The position numbers and the translations under genes were made by a program. Under the pieces are notes generated by a model. The model did no database searches, had not been told where the DNA came from, and saw only the letters and a list, made by a program, of their open reading frames with translations. A DNA stretch of 32,000 nt from an uncultured Clostridia bacterium (GTDB lineage: Bacteria; Bacillota; Clostridia; UMGS1810): the NCBI GenBank assembly GCA_934454585.1, contig CAKSFP010000005.1, positions 9,053-41,052 of the forward strand. The letters are read 5' to 3'. Of the stretch, positions 8,989-15,877 are shown piece by piece (within the stretch, counting starts at the first letter, position 1; each line of letters opens with the position of its first letter).

Positions 8989-10362
8989 ATGACGGTTTTT
9001 GAATACCCATATGTGATAATAACCATTCTTTCGGCGGTTTTTCTTGCGATGATCTTCTTCGGCGTGCATTTTACCTTGAAATCGGTAAAAACAGCGGACG
9101 GAACAGTCGAGAGAGATTTTTGCGGTATGGGGAAAATAGAAAATGACTTTGAAAAATCAGAAAATTTCGGAAAAATACAATCGCTGATGTATATTTCAAT
9201 GTCGCTTGACAGCGTGAAAAGACTGTATTCCGAGTCTCAGGCGGCAAGATTGTATGAACAAATAAAAAAAATTCTTTTTGAGAAGTTGTGTCTTGATATC
9301 GGCGGTGAAATTTCTGTTTGCGGCAATGGAAATTTTGTTTCGTTAAACGGCTTGGGATCGGGTGAGACTGAGCGTTGTATCGAGCTGTGCTCTGAAAAAA
9401 TCAATAAAATTTGCGTGGAACACAATGCTGTGAATGTTGTTCGAATGCATTTTGGATATATATGCACATCTTCAAACGAAATTTCATTTCAAATCGCTTT
9501 TGAAAGGGCAAAAAAAGCATTGAGTATAGCGGAAGATAAGGACATTTTATACTATCGCTGGGACAATCTGAGCGATAGAGAATTTGAAAAGAAACTGAAG
9601 ATAGAAAACAATATACAAAATGAAATTGAAAACAACAGATTTTTTCTTGAATATCAGCCTATTCTGGATGCAAAAACAAACAAGGTCATCGGCGCCGAGG
9701 TTTTGTCAAGACTCAATTCTCCTACGGAAGGAATCTTGGCGCCGCAGCTTTTTCTTTCGGCAGTAAACAATGTGGGACTGAACCAGAAGTTTGACTATTA
9801 TATTTTCGAGAAGAACTGCAAGTGGATTTCAAACGCAAGAGAGAAACGAGTCAAATATGTGTATACAATCAATTTTTCGCGCCATACGCTGTGTGACACG
9901 AATATGGTCGAAAATATAACAAATATCATAAAAAAATATGACATAGATTATTCGTGCATTGCCATTGAAGTGCTGGAAGACAAAACGCTCAATGAGACAG
10001 AAAGAGCGCAGATAGCGAGAAATCTGAATAGCTTGGCAGATAAAGGAATTCTAATTCTTCTTGACGATTTCGGCAAGGGTCATACCAGGTTTGAAGATTT
10101 GAACGATTTTGATGTAAGCATCGTAAAAATTGATAAGTCAATAACTCAAAATGCTACGAACCAAAAGGGGTTTTTGATTCTTAAAACGATTATTAAGATT
10201 GCACATGACCTCGGCTCAGCAACGCTTTGCGAAGGTGTGGAAACGGAGGAACAAAAAAAAGCCGCACTTGCTGCCGGCTGCGATATGTTTCAGGGTTATT
10301 ATTTTTATCATCCCATTCCGGTTACGAAGTTTGAAAAGTTGTTTGAGGAAAATTGTAATTGA
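8989..10362 (+). CDS. Membrane-anchored degenerate GGDEF (GNGNF) + EAL-domain protein; probable c-di-GMP phosphodiesterase
   Basis: N-terminal TM is VIITILSAVFLAMIFFGV. The middle domain has a GGDEF-like layout but the signature reads CGNGNF. The EAL domain keeps its hallmark residues: YQPI, EVLSR (9697-9711), INFS, IEVLE, LDDFG, KIDKS, CEGVETEE, FQGYYF. The ATG directly follows the upstream TAA (TAAATG). Confidence 0.85.
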   Translation: MTVFEYPYVIITILSAVFLAMIFFGVHFTLKSVKTADGTVERDFCGMGKIENDFEKSENFGKIQSLMYISMSLDSVKRLYSESQAARLYEQIKKILFEKLCLDIGGEISVCGNGNFVSLNGLGSGETERCIELCSEKINKICVEHNAVNVVRMHFGYICTSSNEISFQIAFERAKKALSIAEDKDILYYRWDNLSDREFEKKLKIENNIQNEIENNRFFLEYQPILDAKTNKVIGAEVLSRLNSPTEGILAPQLFLSAVNNVGLNQKFDYYIFEKNCKWISNAREKRVKYVYTINFSRHTLCDTNMVENITNIIKKYDIDYSCIAIEVLEDKTLNETERAQIARNLNSLADKGILILLDDFGKGHTRFEDLNDFDVSIVKIDKSITQNATNQKGFLILKTIIKIAHDLGSATLCEGVETEEQKKAALAAGCDMFQGYYFYHPIPVTKFEKLFEENCN

Positions 10363-10378
10363 TTTGCGGCGGAATTTG

Positions 10379-10387
10379 TGGTAAAAT
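10379..10387 (+). promoter_or_regulatory. Possible extended -10 element (TGgTAAAAT) upstream of the peptidase gene
   Basis: Sequence match only. No convincing -35 element. Confidence 0.25.
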
Positions 10388-10462
10388 GGGGATGTGACGG
10401 GTCGGGCGAAACGGCGCACCGACCATAGTGCACGAAAAACTGTTTGTAAAGGAACATCAACC

Positions 10463-11884
10463 ATGAAAAAGAAAATCATCTCATTCCTGGCAGCGGCGTC
10501 ACTTGCCGTTACCGCCGTGCCGGTGTTTGCCGAGCAGAACATTTTCGCAGACGCCGCGACAGCAACGCTTGCCAAAACAAATGCGCAAAATGCCGCTGTA
10601 CCGACGGTAATTACGGTGTTTAACCGCGCATATGCCGATGTTTATGCTCTTGCACCACGACTCGGCGCGGCAGTCCGCTGGACGGACGATGGCGGCGGCA
10701 GATGCATAGTGACATACGGCGGCAGACAGATTGCTTTTACTTCTGTTTCGCAGTATGATGAACTCGGCAGTGCGGAAAAATTCTTTGCAAAAGACGGCGA
10801 TATATTCGTATCCGTGCGTGAGCTGTGCGATTTTCTCTCGATGCCGATAACTTATGACAATGGGGTGATAACCGTCTCAGGTTCGGGCGGAGCGCCTCTG
10901 ATTACGCTCGATGCGCGCGGCACCGAGGGCGATGACATAGTCTACACCCATTACCCCAAGTGGGCGCAGTATGTTGTCAATCCGTACAAGGAATATAGCT
11001 ATGATGACATGATAAACGATGCGCGCTCTCTTGCGGATATGTATCCCGACCTGATAAAACTTTCGTCAATAGGTAAGTCGGCAGAGGGCAGAGAGCTGCT
11101 GCTGATGAAAATCGGCAGGGGTGACAGGAAGGTTTTTGTATGCGGCACTCACCATGCCAGGGAGTACATAGCCACGACTTACCTTATGTACGCCATGGAC
11201 AGATATGCCTATGCTTACCGTACCGGCAGCCTGTTTGACGGATACAGTCCGCGTGAAATTTTCGGTGAGATTACTTTTTGCGTCGTGCCCATGGTAAATC
11301 CGGACGGGGTCAACCTGGTGCAGAACGGATTCAGCGCAACCCCGGCGGCAGATTCCATAGCACAGATGGGCATATATGAGGGAGAGAAATACGGCTATGC
11401 CGCATGGAAAGCGAATATCCACGGTGTGGATGTAAACTGGAATTACGACAAAGACTGGTCTGCCGAGCGCAACAAACATCTGCGCGGCTCTACGGGATTC
11501 AACGGAGACTACCCCAACAGCGAGCCGGAGACGGCGGCGGTTGCGGCATATGTGGATTCGGTGCCGTTCGACGCATATTTTTCGTTCCATACTCAGGGAC
11601 AGGTTTACTATTGGGCTGACAGTAAGTCGCACCCGATGTATCTGCAAAATGTGGTTGCCGCAGCAACGGGCTTCACGGGGCAATGGGACAGCGGCACGGG
11701 TATAGGCGGTTCGTTCTTCGATTATGTTTACCGTAAGTACGACAAGCCGACCATAACCCTTGAGCTGTGCCCGTATGTTGGAAACTATCCTTACCCCGAC
11801 GGTGATTTTGACACCGTGTGGCACCCGGCGAGGAATGTTCTGCTTGCGCTGGGAAATGAAATTATTTATCTGAACAGAAAATAA
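10463..11884 (+). CDS. Secreted M14 zinc carboxypeptidase family protein (gamma-D-glutamyl-diamino-acid peptidase-like) with an N-terminal copper-amine-oxidase-like stalk domain
   Basis: Signal peptide is MKKKIISFLAAASLAVTAVPVFA. M14 motifs present: GTHHAREYIA (HxxE), VPMVNPDGV, HGVDVNWNY, SEPET, FSFHTQG. The 10394 start would add a non-signal, basic extension. Confidence 0.8.
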   Translation: MKKKIISFLAAASLAVTAVPVFAEQNIFADAATATLAKTNAQNAAVPTVITVFNRAYADVYALAPRLGAAVRWTDDGGGRCIVTYGGRQIAFTSVSQYDELGSAEKFFAKDGDIFVSVRELCDFLSMPITYDNGVITVSGSGGAPLITLDARGTEGDDIVYTHYPKWAQYVVNPYKEYSYDDMINDARSLADMYPDLIKLSSIGKSAEGRELLLMKIGRGDRKVFVCGTHHAREYIATTYLMYAMDRYAYAYRTGSLFDGYSPREIFGEITFCVVPMVNPDGVNLVQNGFSATPAADSIAQMGIYEGEKYGYAAWKANIHGVDVNWNYDKDWSAERNKHLRGSTGFNGDYPNSEPETAAVAAYVDSVPFDAYFSFHTQGQVYYWADSKSHPMYLQNVVAAATGFTGQWDSGTGIGGSFFDYVYRKYDKPTITLELCPYVGNYPYPDGDFDTVWHPARNVLLALGNEIIYLNRK

Positions 11885-11886
11885 AG

Positions 11887-11932
11887 AATCAGAGGGTTTA
11901 GAAAGACGATTGTTTTTCTAAACCCTCTGATT
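11887..11932. terminator. Bidirectional rho-independent terminator between convergent genes
   Basis: A perfect 18-bp stem (AATCAGAGGGTTTAGAAA / TTTCTAAACCCTCTGATT) with a 10-nt loop. T-rich tails follow on both strands. Confidence 0.8.
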
Positions 11933-13198
11933 TTATCTTGTAATTATTATCTTCTCAGCCGGACTGACAGGCCTGCAAGTCTTAAGGCTATCCCAGATGA
12001 ACACCTTGAGATAGGTTGCGCTGCCGAGACTTGACGCCGGAATCTGGATGTTAATTGCATTGACTGTCTTGCTTGTAGGCGTTGACGCGATGTGATAGTT
12101 GACAATCTCATTACTGCTGTTGTATAAAGCCGCGTGGATGCATTCTCCGCTGATAGGCTCGTCCATAGCCACGGTGACAGACAGATAACCGTTCGCCAGG
12201 ATGGCGGTCGAGTGGGTGTTGTTTGTCAGCTCCGTGCTGCCGCCCGAACTTCCGCCGGTTGCGGTGTATGGTATTCCGTATTCCTTTGCCACAGCCTCGG
12301 CATACGATCCGTATGTGGTGGTTATTTTGAGCGCCGAGCACCCCTCAAATGCGCCGTAGCCTATGTTCGACACAGTTGCCGGCAGATCCATAGCCGTAAG
12401 TGACAAGCAGTCGTAGAACACATAGTTACCCAGGGTGTTGAGCAGTTTCGGTGTGTTTATCGTCGTGAGCGCTTTGCAGCCGTAGAACATATACTGCGGC
12501 AGGCTTGTCAGCTTGTCCGGCAGATTGACTGTTGTGAGCAACATATTGTATGCAAAAGCATACTCGCCTATGTAGTAAACACTTTCCGGTATGGTGATTG
12601 TTGCAGGTGAGACAAACGACGAACTCTGGCGGAATGCATAGTCGGGTATGTACTTTACATTGCTGCCGAAGTTAATTGCCGTCACCGGGCTCTGATAGAA
12701 CACAGGACTTGTAAGCGTACCCATGGTTTCGCATTTTGTCGCGTTGAAATTGACCGTTGACAGGCTGCTGCACTTGGCAAACGCACCGCCGCCTATAGAG
12801 GTGACATTCTCGGGGATTGTGATGCTTGTCAGAGCCGTGCACCCGATAAATGCACCTGTGCCGATTGTCAGTTTTTTTGAATCGGAATTAATTGAAACCG
12901 ATTTGAGTTTTGTCAGGCTGTTGAAAGCCGCATTGCCTATGTGGCTGACAGTACCCGATATAACAACGCTTGTTATTGATGATGCATATGCATTGTACCA
13001 CGGAGTATCAGTCGCTTTGGCATAGTCCGCCATTTGGCAGTCGTTTGCGGATGTGGCGGATATCATGAGGGTGGTTCCGTTGAGCAACCATGAGCAAGAG
13101 CCTGTCGAACCCGATGTCGCCGCCGAAACCGTGATGCATGAGCCTGCCGCAAGGCAGACAATGAGCACGATGGTGAGAAGTAATTTTGTCTTTTTCAT
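11933..13198 (-). CDS. Secreted BspA-like leucine-rich-repeat (LRR_5 type) surface protein
   Basis: Signal peptide is MKKTKLLLTIVLIVCLAAGSCITVSA. It has repeated units of the type IGxxAFxxCxxLxSITIPxxVTSIG, then a Gly/Ser linker (GGSSGGS) and a C-terminal beta-rich domain. ATG 13198 is preferred over 13228. Confidence 0.8.
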   Translation of the reverse strand: MKKTKLLLTIVLIVCLAAGSCITVSAATSGSTGSCSWLLNGTTLMISATSANDCQMADYAKATDTPWYNAYASSITSVVISGTVSHIGNAAFNSLTKLKSVSINSDSKKLTIGTGAFIGCTALTSITIPENVTSIGGGAFAKCSSLSTVNFNATKCETMGTLTSPVFYQSPVTAINFGSNVKYIPDYAFRQSSSFVSPATITIPESVYYIGEYAFAYNMLLTTVNLPDKLTSLPQYMFYGCKALTTINTPKLLNTLGNYVFYDCLSLTAMDLPATVSNIGYGAFEGCSALKITTTYGSYAEAVAKEYGIPYTATGGSSGGSTELTNNTHSTAILANGYLSVTVAMDEPISGECIHAALYNSSNEIVNYHIASTPTSKTVNAINIQIPASSLGSATYLKVFIWDSLKTCRPVSPAEKIIITR

Positions 13199-13260
13199 TG
13201 TTTTGTCCTCCGAATGACGGGCAGGCATGATTTTCGCCGCCGTCCGATTTTGTTACATTA

Positions 13261-13290
13261 ATTATACCCATTCGGAAAAAACTTTGTCAA
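13261..13290 (-). promoter_or_regulatory. Candidate sigma-A-type promoter for the LRR gene
   Basis: On the minus strand: TTGACA (13290-13285), an 18-nt spacer, TATAAT (13266-13261). Confidence 0.35.
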
Positions 13291-13335
13291 TGAATTTAAT
13301 GAAATGTTAACATAACTGTAACGAAAATTTCGTAA

Positions 13336-14106
13336 TCAGCAGGCTTTCATTTCCAGCCTTATCTTGTCCGCAATCATGGCGATAAACTCGCTGTTTGTCG
13401 GCTTGCCCTTGCTCGAGAGTATCGTATAGCCGAAAAGGTCGTTTAGCACATCTGGATTGCCGCGGTCCCATGCCACCTCTATTGCATGGCGAATGGCGCG
13501 CTCCACTCTGGACGGTGTGGTGTTGTAGTGCTTGGCAACCGTGGGGTATAGGATTTTTGTGATGGAGTTTATTGCGTCCATATCCTCTATGACCATTGTT
13601 ATGGCGTCTCTTATGTACTGATAACCTTTTATGTGAGCCGGCACTCCGAGCTGCTGAATATGCATTGTGATGTTGGTCTCAAGATCTCTTGATTTTGAGT
13701 CGAATACATTTCCGCTGCTCTGCTTTTCGGCGGTGATGTCGGCTATACGGTCGCGCAGCACGGAAAATTCAAACGGCTTTATGAGATAATAGCTTGCGCC
13801 GTGATTCATTGCCGAGTTGATTATATTTTCGTGAGCGGACGGAGAGAATACTATTGTTTTGGGCTTTTTGCTCAGTATATTATTGTTGTTTATTTTTGCA
13901 AGAACCGCCAGGCCGTCGAGCAGCGGCAGGATTATGTTGACAAGCAGCACATCGGGTCTGGTCTCGAGCACTGTCTCATATGCTGTCTTGCCGTCGTGAG
14001 CCGTTCCGACCACTTCAAAACTTTCGATTTCGGACAGATAAGATTTCAAATTGCTGCAAAATTCTTTGTTATCATCCGCTATAACTATTCTTGTTCTTCT
14101 TTTCAT
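13336..14106 (-). CDS. spo0A: Sporulation master response regulator Spo0A (phosphoacceptor position is Asn)
   Basis: The receiver domain is [10 protein letters not shown]...[18 protein letters not shown]...LIKPF. The Spo0A-specific C-terminal domain is [59 protein letters not shown]. Confidence 0.93.
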   Translation of the reverse strand: MKRRTRIVIADDNKEFCSNLKSYLSEIESFEVVGTAHDGKTAYETVLETRPDVLLVNIILPLLDGLAVLAKINNNNILSKKPKTIVFSPSAHENIINSAMNHGASYYLIKPFEFSVLRDRIADITAEKQSSGNVFDSKSRDLETNITMHIQQLGVPAHIKGYQYIRDAITMVIEDMDAINSITKILYPTVAKHYNTTPSRVERAIRHAIEVAWDRGNPDVLNDLFGYTILSSKGKPTNSEFIAMIADKIRLEMKAC

Positions 14107-14153
14107 CTTTTTTTCCTCCCAAAAAACATTTTTTTGAACTTAACAACAAAATC

Positions 14154-14181
14154 ATTATAAACTATCCAAAATTCATTGCAA
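14154..14181 (-). promoter_or_regulatory. Candidate sigma-A-type promoter for spo0A
   Basis: On the minus strand: TTGCAA (14181-14176), a 16-nt spacer, TATAAT (14159-14154). It lies about 45 nt upstream of the ATG. Confidence 0.4.
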
Positions 14182-14426
14182 GGGAAATCGCAAAAAAAGT
14201 TTTTTTGCCGCTTTTATGCTACAAAATGCACTGTTTTTCTGCGGCAAAACAGTAAATGTGCATAAATTCGACTTCATTTTGCGCAAACTTCAATTTGAAC
14301 TTCAAGTTTCTTGAAGTAGAAAAAAGATGCAGATTGAAGATTAATGAAAAGCGGATAATTGCGAGCGGAATCCGAAAATTTGTTTGCGTTTGTGCAGCGA
14401 CACATTACCGATATTGGTATATTGCA

Positions 14427-14459
14427 ATAAGTGTTTATTTCATCTTGATGTTGATTTGC
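14427..14459 (+). repeat. 33-bp direct repeat, copy A (ATAAGTGTTTATTTCATCTTGATGTTGATTTGC)
   Basis: 31/33 identical to 15878-15910, in the same orientation. Confidence 0.85.
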
Positions 14460-14461
14460 TC

Positions 14462-14483
14462 GGGGCGATGGGGTCATCGCCCC
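14462..14483. other. GC-rich hairpin (9-bp stem GGGGCGATG/CATCGCCCC, 4-nt loop) 2 nt after repeat copy A
   Basis: Read directly from the sequence. A moderately T-rich tail follows on the + strand only (CTATAGCCTTATTGTGATTTTT). Confidence 0.5.
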
Positions 14484-14528
14484 CTATAGCCTTATTGTGA
14501 TTTTTCGTGAATTAAAAAAATATCTTTC

Positions 14529-14540
14529 TGTGTATGTAAT
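14529..14540 (+). repeat. 12-nt match to the terminal repeat of the MITE-like element (TGTGTATGTAAT); possible solo-end remnant
   Basis: Identical to the first 12 nt of the 28807 copy. The sequences diverge after that. Confidence 0.3.
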
Positions 14541-14614
14541 CGATATAAACAGGTATCCAAAACAGTGCGGCAGGGGTCAATAGTGCCTCCCTTGCCCTAA
14601 AGTGAGGTGCCGCC

Positions 14615-14648
14615 CAATCAATATTGTTTTTCAAAAAAATATTGATTG
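14615..14648. repeat. Perfect 11-bp inverted repeat (CAATCAATATT ... AATATTGATTG) with a 12-nt A/T spacer
   Basis: Read directly. It lies 70 nt downstream of the stop of the small secreted-protein gene. Confidence 0.7.
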
Positions 14649-14718
14649 AATAAGGCGGCGGAGGGATTCATTCATCGCACCGTGAAGTGCGCACAAATTA
14701 ACGCCTGTTCGTTCGGCA

Positions 14719-14997
14719 TCACGGATTGCACCGTTTGCATGGCGAATAACCTTTTGCAATTGCGTCGTCGCGCGTATCGTTGAGATACAACATGTTTTCG
14801 TCGTTCATTTGATAAACGGATTCATATGACGGGAGGTGAAATTTTTTTGTTTTTTGATTTGCGATGTAGGTGAAGATTTTTTCTTTTGCTTCAACAGTGT
14901 TTGAATTTATTGTGTTTACGGCATTGTCTGCCGTATGAATATTAAGAGCAAAAATCAACACAAAGCAAAAAACAGGCAACAACAAAAATTTTTTCAT
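14719..14997 (-). CDS. Small secreted protein with a C-terminal Ada-type Zn-ribbon-like motif (KFH...PCKRCNP), first Cys replaced by Tyr
   Basis: Signal peptide is MKKFLLLPVFCFVLIFALNIHTA. The C-terminus is KFHLPSYESVYQMNDENMLYLNDTRDDAIAKGYSPCKRCNP. ATG 14997 is preferred (AAAGGA 8 nt upstream) over 15006. Confidence 0.6.
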   Translation of the reverse strand: MKKFLLLPVFCFVLIFALNIHTADNAVNTINSNTVEAKEKIFTYIANQKTKKFHLPSYESVYQMNDENMLYLNDTRDDAIAKGYSPCKRCNP

Positions 14998-15037
14998 TTC
15001 TTTCATCCTTTACATATAATATTTAGTATCATATATC

Positions 15038-15065
15038 ATTATACTCAATCAGTTGAGTTTTGTAA
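15038..15065 (-). promoter_or_regulatory. Candidate promoter for the small secreted-protein gene
   Basis: On the minus strand: TTACAA (15065-15060), a 16-nt spacer, TATAAT (15043-15038). Confidence 0.35.
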
Positions 15066-15120
15066 AGCAAATATATGCATTTAACATAGTAAATACATAT
15101 ATAATACTAAATATAATGAG

Positions 15121-15149
15121 TTACAATGGGCAATTATATCAAATATAAT
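15121..15149 (+). promoter_or_regulatory. Candidate promoter for the XRE regulator pair
   Basis: TTACAA (15121-15126), a 17-nt spacer, TATAAT (15144-15149), in a very AT-rich divergent region. Confidence 0.4.
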
Positions 15150-15189
15150 CTAATTGGGTAATTCATTAATGACATAAGAGGATAAAAGA

Positions 15190-15531
15190 ATGAAAAGTGA
15201 ATTGGATTTTCGGGAGGTTGGTTCGCGCATCCAGGGTTTCAGACTGAAAAACGGATTGACACAGGATGAACTCGGTGAGAAAATAGGTACGGACCAAAAA
15301 TATATATCAAGAATTGAAGGCGGATATCATAACATCAGTCTTGATACCGTGGTTGCCATAGCGCGTGCGCTTCATATATCGGTCGACAGCCTTGTTGCGG
15401 ATTACGGAAATGGTGCCGACGAGAGCAATTTGCAGGACATTTTGAACGCTGTGCGCGGGATGTCATCGGGACAGCTTGATATGCTTAGGGATGAGATAGA
15501 GTTGATTAAAAGATATGATGTGAATGGGTGA
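15190..15531 (+). CDS. XRE-family helix-turn-helix regulator (SinR-like size and layout)
   Basis: HTH_3 pattern: VGSRIQGFRLKNGLTQDELGEKIGTDQKYISRIEGGYHNISLDTVVAIARALHISVDSLV. A ~45-aa helical tail follows. GAGGA SD upstream. Confidence 0.85.
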   Translation: MKSELDFREVGSRIQGFRLKNGLTQDELGEKIGTDQKYISRIEGGYHNISLDTVVAIARALHISVDSLVADYGNGADESNLQDILNAVRGMSSGQLDMLRDEIELIKRYDVNG

Positions 15532-15838
15532 TTTGGTGGACATAAACAGCAGACTTGAAGAACTTTTGAAGAAACAAGGATGGACTAAATACAGACTTTC
15601 AAAGGAAAGCAAACTGCCAGAATCCACGCTTTCAAACATATTTCACCGCGGAACGGTGCCGACGATTGCGACTCTTGAGATTATATGCAACACAATGAAC
15701 ATAACTCTTGCGGAGTTTTTCTCCGACGATGACAAAGTGGTTATGACGCCGGAATTAAGGGAATTTTATGAAGAATGGATTCATTTGTCGCCGGAAAAGA
15801 GGGCAAATGTTTTGCAGACCATGAGGTTTATGAGATGA
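15524..15838 (+). CDS. Second XRE-family helix-turn-helix regulator, overlapping the first by 8 nt
   Basis: INSRLEELLKKQGWTKYRLSKESKLPESTLSNIFHRGTVPTIATLEIICNTMNITLAEFF plus a helical tail. ATG 15524 overlaps the upstream stop. Confidence 0.8.
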   Translation: MGDLVDINSRLEELLKKQGWTKYRLSKESKLPESTLSNIFHRGTVPTIATLEIICNTMNITLAEFFSDDDKVVMTPELREFYEEWIHLSPEKRANVLQTMRFMR

Positions 15839-15877
15839 AGGAGGATGATTATTAACGGGAACTGTTGAAATGTTTCG

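Noticed and set aside
10394-10462. N-terminal extensions offered by the ORF track (10394, and likewise 4525, 25616, 27714, 28911, 31034)
   Set aside because: In each case an internal ATG/GTG with a better SD starts a canonical N-terminus: a signal peptide, a TM anchor, a known family N-terminus, or a start coupled to the upstream stop. The extension would overlap an upstream gene, promoter or repeat.
11066-11824. 252-aa ORF on the minus strand inside the M14 peptidase gene
   Set aside because: It is entirely antisense to a CDS with clear family motifs. Its translation is Arg/Cys/Val-rich with no recognisable motif or ribosome-binding site, which is typical of a shadow ORF.
14267-14273. Possible Spo0A box (TTCGACT) upstream of spo0A
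   Set aside because: It is a 6/7 match to the reverse complement of TGNCGAA, the mismatch falls at a conserved position, and it is a single copy. The evidence is too weak to call autoregulation. Other TGTCGAA strings in the window lie inside coding regions.
14256-14489. 77-aa (+) and 67-aa (-) ORFs in the spo0A upstream non-coding region
   Set aside because: They have no ribosome-binding site and implausible composition (Cys/Phe/Asn runs). They also span the direct repeat and the hairpin, so the region is treated as non-coding.
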